A stretch of DNA of 64,000 nucleotides from Bacteroidetes bacterium HLUCCA01 (GTDB lineage Bacteria; Bacteroidota; Rhodothermia; Balneolales; HLUCCA01). Below the pieces are notes generated by a model, which ran no database searches, was not told where the DNA came from, and saw only the letters and a list, made by a program, of their open reading frames with translations. The position numbers were made by a program, and so were the translations under genes. Every line of letters begins with the position of its first letter. The stretch's first letter is position 1. Below, one piece after another: positions 1-8,331 of this stretch. Location: assembly GCA_001314545.1 (NCBI GenBank), contig LIHN01000001.1, forward strand, positions 276,180-340,179, read 5' to 3'.

Positions 1-2
1 AA

Positions 3-188
<186 letters not shown>

Positions 189-776
189 TTTTCGGCCTCC
201 ATTGGTGCCGATTACGTGTCTATCGATGGGTAAGGTATCCTGAACTGGCGCAAAGCGGCAGCTGGGTGGGAATATTGTTCACGGTGACACCCGAAAATAC
301 ATTGGTGCCCGATTCTTCTGTGTCAGTACTGTTGCTCACCGGTCCATGTGGCATGTGTGTTGGAGTCCGGCCGGTATTGGCTGTTTTATTAGAGCCTTTA
401 TCGCTGTATATTGTCAATGCCTGAATAACTCAGGCAAAAACTTGTTTCACCACATAACGCTGTACGGACTATATAGTGAGCTCTGATCAGATATATCATG
501 CTTTTATCGACGCTGTTACGCGTTGTGTGGTCTTACTTATACGGCTGAACCAGCCAGCAGATGACGCCCGTCGTCAACGTAATGCTGAAATGGCCGTCTC
601 TTCTTCTTTGGTTGCCTCGCAATCAGTTAACAGAAATTCTGAACCATCAGATACCTGGCCCTCACCAGGAGCCACCTCACCGTTAGATCTACTATTTTTC
701 AGGATGCGATATTACCTTCACCGGTTGTCGGACAACAGTGCTGTGCCAGGAATCTGCTTGATCACTCTCAAGCAAC

Positions 777-3551
777 ATGAAAAATCAAATTATCATACAC
801 GCTGCTGGAAAGCAGACTCGTATTGCCTTACTTGAAAACAATGAACTAGCTCAGTTATTTATTGAATCACCGGAAAACCAGCGCACTGTAGGCGACATCT
901 ACGTGGCGGAAGTCCGAAAAGTAATGGGGGGAATTCGCGCGGCATTCATTGATATGAATACCCCGAAAGATGCCTTCCTCCACTTCTCCGACCTCGGAGA
1001 ACATCTCGATGACTATCTCATCATGCTTAACGGGCAGGATGCCCTGCCCCAGGATGCACATAAAAGAGTGCGTGAGTTCCGGGAGAAAAAAGATGATTCC
1101 CAAAACACCAAAAACGGTACCACGGCCGAAGAACAAAATCTTTTAGGTAGCCTTCTCAAACCCGGGCACAAGGTACTGGTACAGATTGTCAAGGAACCTA
1201 TCGGATCCAAAGGCCCCCGGGTTTCAACCAATATTTCCATCGCCGGTCGATTTCTGGTGCTTATTCCCATGGGCGACTATGTAGCCGTCTCCAAACGCAT
1301 CCGCAGTTACAAGGAACGTCGTCAACTTCGGCAAACCGTAGCCGATATCCTGCCGGAAGGATTCGGTGTTATTGTGCGAACCGTAGCCGAAGGCGTTGAT
1401 CAGAAACTCATTGAGGAGGATTTGAACGATGTACTGGAAAAGTGGAATAACATTGTCAAAAACCTGCAGGGGGCCAAGCCTCCTACCCTGCTGCACCGCG
1501 ATCTTGACATGACCGAGAGTCTTGTGCGCGATCTGTTCGCCAAAGACTTTGAGCGAATTCTGGTCGATGACCCCAAGATGCATAAAACACTGAAGCATTA
1601 TGTATCGAAGATTGCTCCCAACTTGCTTCCGAATATCCAGCTGTATAAAGGCAACACGCATATATTCGATCATATGAATATCATGCAGGATGTGGAGTCG
1701 GTATTCAGTCCGAGGGTTAAGATGCCAAGCGGCGGGTACCTTATTTTTGAACAGACCGAAGCCATGTATGTGGTGGATGTTAACTCCGGCAGGTATGCGG
1801 CCAAAAAAGCACAGGAAGACAACTCTCTGAAAACCAACCTGGAATCGGCCCGGGAGATTGCCAAACAATTACGACTTCGTGACATCGGCGGGATTATCGT
1901 TGTGGATTTCATTGATTTGCGCGATGAGGTTAACCGCAAAAAGGTTTACGATGAGCTGAAAAAGGAATTCCGTAAAGACCGGGCGAAAACCAACGTGCTG
2001 CCGATGAGCGATTTCGGACTGGTTCAGATTACACGGCAGCGTATCCGTCCCAGTGTTGTCAAATCGGTCAGCCGGGTATGTCCGATGTGCGGTGGCGGAG
2101 GAAGCATCGTGTCTCAGAACACGATTTTGTCGGATATCGAAAGCTGGCTGTCCAAATTCCGTCATACCACCACATTCCGCTCCGTTGACCTGCACATCAA
2201 TCCGTACATGCGGGGTATGCTGACCAAAGGCTGGGTAAGTCAGCATTTCAAATGGATGCTCAAATACCGGCTCCGTATTGGAATTATTGAAGACATAAGC
2301 CTGTCTATGAACGACTATAAGTTCACCTTATCGGGTTCAGATGTTGAAATAACAGAGACCATACTGCATGAGCAATCCATTGAAGCTGCGATAAAGGCTG
2401 CTGAGAAAAGTATAGCCGAGCTGGAGAGTGAGCATAAGCGCGACAGTACAACGCTGGATATTTACAAAAAAGCGAAATCACGCAGTGAACAGTCAAGCAG
2501 AAATGGCGACTCCCGGGGCAGGACCACAAACGACGATGCAAATCGCTCCAGAGATCGCTCTGATAATGACCAGCGCGGCACTGCAAGAGGGCGATCAGCC
2601 GCATCCGACGAACCCAAAGGACCACGCCGCTCAACTCCGGCCAAACAGGCTGAACCCATTGAAGAACCAATGCAGGAGACCGAAAAGCCTGATAAAACAA
2701 CAAAAATTCAGGCTAATCCCCAGCGTAGAAACCAAAAAATTTCAAAGTACTACAAGAAGAGCGGCGATGAAGGCGAAGAAGATGTGAATACATCCGGTGA
2801 ACAGCCGTCTGCACCCAAGCCGGCCGAAACGCCAAAGCCATCGGTACAGGATGCTGAAATTCCCGATGAGCTCTCCCATCTGCGTTCGGCCTGGGAAGTA
2901 GCCAAGGAATACAAGCGTAAACGGGAAATGGAGCTTCAAAATGAAAGCAACGCCCCTGCCATGCCTGACGATGGTGACAAACAGGAAAAACAGCAGGAAC
3001 CCGAAACGAAGTCTGCACCTGCAATCACCGTAAAAAATCCGGAAACCCCGGCGAATGGGCAAAACGAAACGAAGCCTGATGATGCGTCAACCCCGGAAAA
3101 ACAGCAGGATGTCGTAAATGATACCTCGAAATCTGATGGGGATAGTGACGAGCCGGAAAGTGAATCGACCGAGGTAAAAGAAGAAGCGGTAAAAGCCGCC
3201 TCCGGTATTGTTCAGGCGCTTGTAGCTTCCAGCAAACTGAAGGAAGATACCCCTGCTGAGGAAGCCGATGAGGAAAAGGAAGATTCAGCCCCGGAACAGG
3301 ATACAACCGAAGTTGTTGAAACTGAAATCGTAACAGACCAACCCGTCAAACCGCGTAAAAAGACTGCTGCAGCAAAGACCGCCAAGACCAAGAAAAAAGC
3401 CCCGAGTGGCAAGAAGGCCAAAACTGCGGAAGAGGTAGCGCGAAAGACGGCAGCTAAGCGAAAAAGCAGCCCTGCCAAAGAAGACGGGCAAAACGCCGAT
3501 GATCGTGTTCAGCCGGATTCGGATACACCAACACAAACTACAGGCAACTAA
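777..3551 (+). CDS. Ribonuclease E/G family endoribonuclease with ~400-aa low-complexity C-terminal extension
   Basis: 924-aa ORF. The N-terminal ~520 aa carries the RNase E/G core: an S1-like start (GDIYVAEVRKVMGGIRAAFIDM), the catalytic block AMYVVDVNSGRY...AREIAKQLRLRDIGGIIVVDFIDL, and a Zn-link-like CPMCGGGG. The rest is a K/E/P/D/S/T-rich tail. Confidence 0.9.
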   Translation: MKNQIIIHAAGKQTRIALLENNELAQLFIESPENQRTVGDIYVAEVRKVMGGIRAAFIDMNTPKDAFLHFSDLGEHLDDYLIMLNGQDALPQDAHKRVREFREKKDDSQNTKNGTTAEEQNLLGSLLKPGHKVLVQIVKEPIGSKGPRVSTNISIAGRFLVLIPMGDYVAVSKRIRSYKERRQLRQTVADILPEGFGVIVRTVAEGVDQKLIEEDLNDVLEKWNNIVKNLQGAKPPTLLHRDLDMTESLVRDLFAKDFERILVDDPKMHKTLKHYVSKIAPNLLPNIQLYKGNTHIFDHMNIMQDVESVFSPRVKMPSGGYLIFEQTEAMYVVDVNSGRYAAKKAQEDNSLKTNLESAREIAKQLRLRDIGGIIVVDFIDLRDEVNRKKVYDELKKEFRKDRAKTNVLPMSDFGLVQITRQRIRPSVVKSVSRVCPMCGGGGSIVSQNTILSDIESWLSKFRHTTTFRSVDLHINPYMRGMLTKGWVSQHFKWMLKYRLRIGIIEDISLSMNDYKFTLSGSDVEITETILHEQSIEAAIKAAEKSIAELESEHKRDSTTLDIYKKAKSRSEQSSRNGDSRGRTTNDDANRSRDRSDNDQRGTARGRSAASDEPKGPRRSTPAKQAEPIEEPMQETEKPDKTTKIQANPQRRNQKISKYYKKSGDEGEEDVNTSGEQPSAPKPAETPKPSVQDAEIPDELSHLRSAWEVAKEYKRKREMELQNESNAPAMPDDGDKQEKQQEPETKSAPAITVKNPETPANGQNETKPDDASTPEKQQDVVNDTSKSDGDSDEPESESTEVKEEAVKAASGIVQALVASSKLKEDTPAEEADEEKEDSAPEQDTTEVVETEIVTDQPVKPRKKTAAAKTAKTKKKAPSGKKAKTAEEVARKTAAKRKSSPAKEDGQNADDRVQPDSDTPTQTTGN

Positions 3552-3557
3552 TACGAT

Positions 3558-4100
3558 ATGAGTTTCAACCTGCATGCAACTACGGTTGTTGGAATCATTC
3601 ACAATGGCAAAGCCGCCATTGGCAGTGACGGACAAGCTACACTGGACAAAATGGTAATGAAGTCGACCGTTCAGAAAGTACGCACATTGTACAATGGTAA
3701 AATCCTTGCCGGGTTTGCCGGCTCTACGGCCGACGCGTTTACCTTATTTGAAAAATTTGAGGAAAAAGTGAATCAGTATGGTGGCAATCTGCAGCGGGCA
3801 GCCGTTGAGATGGCTAAAGAATGGCGGCAAGACCGATACCTTCGCCGGCTCGAAGCCCTGCTGGTAGTCATGAATAACGAGAAAGGTCTACTCATATCAG
3901 GACAAGGCGACGTTATAGAGACGGATGATCAGATACTGACCATCGGTAGCGGTGGCTTTTATGCACTGGCGGCTGCAAGAGCCCTTAAAAAGCACGCACC
4001 GCACCTGAGTTCAAAGGAAATTATTCAGGAGTCGCTAACGGCAGCCGCCGACATTGACATCTACACCAACCACAATATTACGATTCTGGAGATCGACTGA
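3558..4100 (+). CDS. hslV: ATP-dependent protease subunit HslV
   Basis: [24 protein letters not shown]... and GSGG motifs are typical of HslV. It starts 6 nt after the RNase stop. The catalytic Thr-Thr is preceded by 7 residues (MSFNLHA), so either a propeptide is removed or the true start is uncertain. Confidence 0.9.
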   Translation: MSFNLHATTVVGIIHNGKAAIGSDGQATLDKMVMKSTVQKVRTLYNGKILAGFAGSTADAFTLFEKFEEKVNQYGGNLQRAAVEMAKEWRQDRYLRRLEALLVVMNNEKGLLISGQGDVIETDDQILTIGSGGFYALAAARALKKHAPHLSSKEIIQESLTAAADIDIYTNHNITILEID

Positions 4101-4101
4101 T

Positions 4102-5514
4102 TTGAAGAAACTTGACGAACTGACCCCCAGTCAAATTGTTGCCGAACTCGATAAATACATCATTGGTCAGGCCGGTGCCAAAAAAGCCGTTGCTATTGCC
4201 CTGCGTAACCGTTGGCGCCGTATGCAGTCAGACGATGGGATTCGCGATGATATCATGCCCAATAATATCATTCTTATTGGTCCTACGGGTGTGGGTAAAA
4301 CTGAAATTGCCCGAAGACTTGCACGTCTCGCTAATGCTCCGTTTATCAAAGTTGAAGCGACTAAATACACGGAAGTCGGCTACGTCGGACGGGATGTCGA
4401 ATCGATTATTCGTGACCTTACCGACCTTTCCATTACCATGGTCAAGGCCGAAATGCAGGAGCGTGTAAAAGGTAAAGCTGCAGAAAACGTTGAAGAACGT
4501 ATACTTGACCTGCTCATTCCTCCTCTGAAAAAACCTGCCGGTTTTGGAAACACCATGCCCCGGCTGAAATCTTCCGATGATGACTCTTTCGATGCCGGAA
4601 GAGCCAGCGATGAAGAAATGAACGAGCGTACGCGTGATAAATTCCGCGAGAAGTTGCGCAGGGGTGATCTTGATGAGCGAACAATAGAGCTGGACGTACG
4701 TGCCGGTGGTAATCCCACCATGCAGATATTCGGTCCTGCGGGAATGGAAGAACTGGGCATGAATATTCAGGACATGCTCGGAAACTTGACGCCCCGGAAA
4801 ACGCGCAAGAAAACCGTCAAGATCAAGGATGCACGCACGATCCTTCTGGCTGAGGAGGCCGAAAAATTGGTCGACCAGGATGCCGCCGTTCAGGAAGCCC
4901 TGGAAAGGGTACAGACTTCGGGTATCGTCTTTATCGATGAAATCGACAAAGTTGCGGGGGGAACATCGGGTTCAGGTCAGGGCGGTCCGGATGTGAGCAG
5001 ACAAGGCGTGCAGCGCGACCTCCTCCCTATTGTGGAAGGTTCATCGGTTTCGACCAAGTATGGTCTGGTCAAAACCGACCACATTCTGTTCATTGCCTCC
5101 GGCGCGTTTCACGTTTCAAAACCTTCCGATCTTATACCGGAACTTCAGGGTCGCTTTCCGATCCGTGTTGAAATGGACAGCCTGAATGAAGAAGATTTCT
5201 ACAATATTCTCACTGTCCCAAGAAACGCCCTTACCAAACAATACGAGGCCATGCTGGCTTCCGAAGGGGTAACGCTGCGATTTGACGATAACGCCATCAA
5301 AGAAATTGCACGTCTTGCAGCAGAAGTGAACGCCTCGGTTGAAAATATTGGCGCCCGGCGTCTGCATACAATATTGACCAGCATACTGGAAGAGCTGCTT
5401 TATCTGGTTCCTGACGAAATCCGTGAAGGCGAAGTACTGGTAGACCGTGAATACGTCCTCAAACAGATCGGCAGTATCGTGCAGAACCGTGATTTAAGTC
5501 ATTATATTCTGTAA
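4102..5514 (+). CDS. hslU: ATP-dependent protease ATPase subunit HslU
   Basis: LTPSQIVAELDKYIIGQAGAKKAVAIALRNRWRR, Walker A GPTGVGKTEIARRLA, and FIDEIDK. The track start at 4054 overlaps hslV. An in-frame TTG at 4102 immediately follows the hslV stop and gives an N-terminus of canonical length. Confidence 0.9.
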   Translation: MKKLDELTPSQIVAELDKYIIGQAGAKKAVAIALRNRWRRMQSDDGIRDDIMPNNIILIGPTGVGKTEIARRLARLANAPFIKVEATKYTEVGYVGRDVESIIRDLTDLSITMVKAEMQERVKGKAAENVEERILDLLIPPLKKPAGFGNTMPRLKSSDDDSFDAGRASDEEMNERTRDKFREKLRRGDLDERTIELDVRAGGNPTMQIFGPAGMEELGMNIQDMLGNLTPRKTRKKTVKIKDARTILLAEEAEKLVDQDAAVQEALERVQTSGIVFIDEIDKVAGGTSGSGQGGPDVSRQGVQRDLLPIVEGSSVSTKYGLVKTDHILFIASGAFHVSKPSDLIPELQGRFPIRVEMDSLNEEDFYNILTVPRNALTKQYEAMLASEGVTLRFDDNAIKEIARLAAEVNASVENIGARRLHTILTSILEELLYLVPDEIREGEVLVDREYVLKQIGSIVQNRDLSHYIL

Positions 5515-5637
5515 AAAGGAAACTATTTTCCGAATACCGGCTTTATTGTTTATAGTTACGAGCGGTGTATACCACAGCGCTATTTGTATCGTTCATAGTT
5601 GCAGAACCCAATTTCTTTAATTTCAGAGAACAGAATT

Positions 5638-7545
5638 ATGACTATCCGCCGATTTTTGGCTCCCAACCTGCTTGCACTCCTTATACTTGGCATCGCCTGG
5701 ACTCTGGGCTACGAAAACATCCTTAAGGAGGAACGCAACGATCAGGTTAACCTGCAAAAATACATTCAGGTTCAACGTGTTATACTCGATAACCACTACA
5801 ATGAGGTTAACATCGAGAAACTTTATCTGAGCAGCCTTAAAGGATTTGTGCGGAATCTGGAAACCGAAGATCTCACACTTACCGACACACCTCTGGATAC
5901 AACGGTCTCAGAATTGCCGATCGGGTCACTTCGTGAGTCGGTACAGCATTTTGAGCGTGCATACCGATATTTAGCCAGTATGGCTCCTGACACCGATCTG
6001 GCAGCACGTACCGATGATGCAATAATCGGGATGTTTGCCATGCTGGATCCTCACTCCAATTATCTGGAGCCGGAGCGCACGGAACGCGAACAGGAACAGT
6101 TCAGCGGACGCTTTCAGGGTATCGGCGTTCAATTTGATATCATCGATGATACCATTACGGTCATATCGGCAATATCTGGTGGGCCCTCGGACAAACTGGG
6201 CATTCAGTCAGGAGACCGAATCATCCAAATTGATGACACTAGCGCCGTTGGGTTCACCAACACACAGGTAGTCAACCATTTAAGGGGCCCTAAAGGTACC
6301 ACCGTAGACGTTGTTGTTCGTCGTCCTCGAATGAATAATCCGTTAAATTTCACCATTACCCGTGATGATATACCCCTGTATACCGTTGACGCCAGCTACA
6401 TGCTCGATGAGAATACCGGGTATCTGAAAATCAGTAACTTTGCATCTACTACCTACGATGAGTTCATGCAGGCAATGAGTGATCTGGAGTCACAGGGTAT
6501 GCAGAAACTGGTTTTGGATCTGCGTAATAATCCCGGCGGCTACCTCATACAGGCATTCCGTATTGTGGGGGAATTCTTCCCGGCGGGTACGCCTATCGTT
6601 GAAACACAAAGCCGACATGTCCGATTTGTTTCGGAATATGAAACCCAAAGAAACGGTCGCTACCGCGAAATGCCGCTCATCGTAATGGTTAACGAAGGCT
6701 CCGCCTCAGGCTCAGAAATTGTAGCCGGTGCTATACAAGACTTTGATCGCGGACTCATTGTCGGTCGCCGCACTTATGGTAAAGGTCTGGTTCAGGTAGA
6801 GTATTCACTGGTTGACAACAGTAGTGTTCGTATTACCACGTCACAATATACCACACCATCAGGCCGACTCATACAGAAACCCTTTATTGACGGTCGCGAG
6901 GCGTATGCTTACGAGCTGTTCGAACGCGAAACAGACGCCCTCACCGATGCCAGACACTTTGTTGAGAATGTTCCTGATTCCCTTCGTTTCATGACCAACA
7001 GCGGCAGACCTATTTATGGCGGAGGGGGCATTTTGCCTGACCATATCCTGCAGCGTGATACCACCCGAAGCTTTGTTTTTGGTTTCATGCGACAGCGTAA
7101 CCTGAATACCGAGTTCGTCAGGGCCTATTTAGATGAATACGGCGAAGACGTACGCACTGAATGGAGTGATAACTTCGAGGGTTTTGTAAACGAATTCAAC
7201 TGGTCTGATGCGTTCATACAAAGCATACGAAACCGAATGGAAGAAAATGGCCTGGTTCTTACCGATACGGTAGACGTCAATGATCCTGTACTGGAGGGCG
7301 ATCAACTGTATGTTAATCCACTGTCGTTCGAGCAGGACCGCTGGATTCTCGAAGGGTCGCTGAAAGCCGAACTTTCCCGGCAAATCTGGGATACGCAGCA
7401 TTATTTTCAGGTTTTCAACACCATTTTTGATGTATCACTCAAGGATGCTGTTACCCTTTGGAATGAAGTTGATGAACTCCGGGCGATGGCAGAGAGCAAC
7501 TCCCCAGCCCGACAGGAATCAACCAGTCTGTACAACAGGCAGTAG
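5638..7545 (+). CDS. S41 family C-terminal processing (tail-specific) peptidase with N-terminal membrane anchor
   Basis: PDZ segment GIGVQFDIIDDTITVISAISGGPSDKLGIQSGDRIIQIDD, S41 core LVLDLRNNPGGYL, and ...GSASGSEIVAGA...GRRTYGKG. ATG 5638 is preferred over the TTG at 5599. Confidence 0.85.
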   Translation: MTIRRFLAPNLLALLILGIAWTLGYENILKEERNDQVNLQKYIQVQRVILDNHYNEVNIEKLYLSSLKGFVRNLETEDLTLTDTPLDTTVSELPIGSLRESVQHFERAYRYLASMAPDTDLAARTDDAIIGMFAMLDPHSNYLEPERTEREQEQFSGRFQGIGVQFDIIDDTITVISAISGGPSDKLGIQSGDRIIQIDDTSAVGFTNTQVVNHLRGPKGTTVDVVVRRPRMNNPLNFTITRDDIPLYTVDASYMLDENTGYLKISNFASTTYDEFMQAMSDLESQGMQKLVLDLRNNPGGYLIQAFRIVGEFFPAGTPIVETQSRHVRFVSEYETQRNGRYREMPLIVMVNEGSASGSEIVAGAIQDFDRGLIVGRRTYGKGLVQVEYSLVDNSSVRITTSQYTTPSGRLIQKPFIDGREAYAYELFERETDALTDARHFVENVPDSLRFMTNSGRPIYGGGGILPDHILQRDTTRSFVFGFMRQRNLNTEFVRAYLDEYGEDVRTEWSDNFEGFVNEFNWSDAFIQSIRNRMEENGLVLTDTVDVNDPVLEGDQLYVNPLSFEQDRWILEGSLKAELSRQIWDTQHYFQVFNTIFDVSLKDAVTLWNEVDELRAMAESNSPARQESTSLYNRQ

Positions 7546-7606
7546 CTCTGGTAAGATCAACTCTATCGGGCAAACAGTATTCATTAATACGCCTTCATAC
7601 CTGCGC

Positions 7607-7641
7607 GCCGGCACTTGTACTACAAGAGCCGGCTTTTTTTT
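7607..7641 (+). terminator. Rho-independent terminator after the S41 peptidase gene
   Basis: GCCGGCACTTGTA / TACAAGAGCCGGC stem (11 bp, one mismatch, 3-nt loop) followed by T8 (7634-7641). Confidence 0.8.
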
Positions 7642-7722
7642 GCATTGAATTCATTAGACCTTGCCCTGCGAAAACCATACCTTTAGGCAACATTTATCAT
7701 CGATGCCTGTTAATCTTTTCCT

Positions 7723-8325
7723 ATGAATCTCACCGATTTGGGTCAGTATTTCGACCCATTCATTTTTGACTTCTTCATCCTCCCCGCCTTGATATTCTTC
7801 GCCCGTATGGTCGATATGACCCTTGGGACGCTGCGAATCATTTTTGTGGCGAGAAGTATGAAGGGTATTGCTCCGTTGATCGGATTTTTCGAATCCCTGA
7901 TCTGGTTATTTGCCATCTCACAGATTATTATGAACCTGAGCAATGTGGCCACTTATATCGCATTTGCAGCTGGATTTGCCGCTGGCAACTACGTTGGTAT
8001 TTACCTGGAAAACAAACTTGCTGTCGGATTACTGTCCATCAGAGCGGTAACAACCAATGATGCTTCCGATCTGATTAACTACCTGCGTGAACACAAATTC
8101 GGTGTAACCAGCGTATCTGCGTTAGGCGTTACGGGCAGAGTCCGCTTGATAATTTCCGTGATAAAACGAAAAGATCTGAATGCGTACATCAGCATAGTGA
8201 AAAAGTTTAACCCCAAGGCGTTTATTTCAGTGGAAGATGTAAAAAGCGTTCAGGAAGGGTTCTTCCCTACCTCACAACAGCGCCGGGAAAATCAGTTTTT
8301 CAAGACGTTCACCATGAGAAAATAA
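7723..8325 (+). CDS. UPF0316 / DUF2179-type small membrane protein
   Basis: Three N-terminal TM segments (ARMVDMTLGTLRIIF motif) plus a C-terminal soluble domain (LREHKFGVTSVSALGVTG), as in the YebE/UPF0316 family. Confidence 0.6.
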   Translation: MNLTDLGQYFDPFIFDFFILPALIFFARMVDMTLGTLRIIFVARSMKGIAPLIGFFESLIWLFAISQIIMNLSNVATYIAFAAGFAAGNYVGIYLENKLAVGLLSIRAVTTNDASDLINYLREHKFGVTSVSALGVTGRVRLIISVIKRKDLNAYISIVKKFNPKAFISVEDVKSVQEGFFPTSQQRRENQFFKTFTMRK

Positions 8326-8331
8326 CGGGCC

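Noticed and set aside
220-835. Track ORFs 220-417(-) and 476-835(+) in the long region upstream of the RNase E/G gene
   Set aside because: Their composition is not protein-like and they have no recognisable motifs. One overlaps the well-supported RNase start by 59 nt. I treat the region as non-coding (a possible 5' leader), though real small proteins cannot be excluded without conservation data.
2428-2787. An alternative-frame 119-aa ORF, plus several antisense ORFs, inside the RNase tail-coding region
   Set aside because: The low-complexity, purine-rich repeat-like DNA keeps several frames open. The main frame is continuous with the catalytic core, so the others are considered artefacts.
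3558-3581. HslV with a 7-residue extension (MSFNLHA) before the catalytic Thr-Thr, considered as a pseudogene or mis-start
   Set aside because: The frame is intact and the rest of the protein is canonical. N-terminal propeptides or alternative non-ATG starts (in-frame CTG at codon 5) can explain it. I note it only as start-site uncertainty.
4054-4101. N-terminal extensions in the ORF track (hslU 4054, 20775, anmK 24695, 28288, trpF 37992, trpG 40385, trpE 42893, 43101, dxr 52248, 55391, 55374, bshC 62633, 63246, nuoA 63381)
   Set aside because: Each extension overlaps a neighbouring gene or a regulatory element. An internal start restores the canonical N-terminus of the family, so I shortened the calls. 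These revised starts are predictions, not verified.
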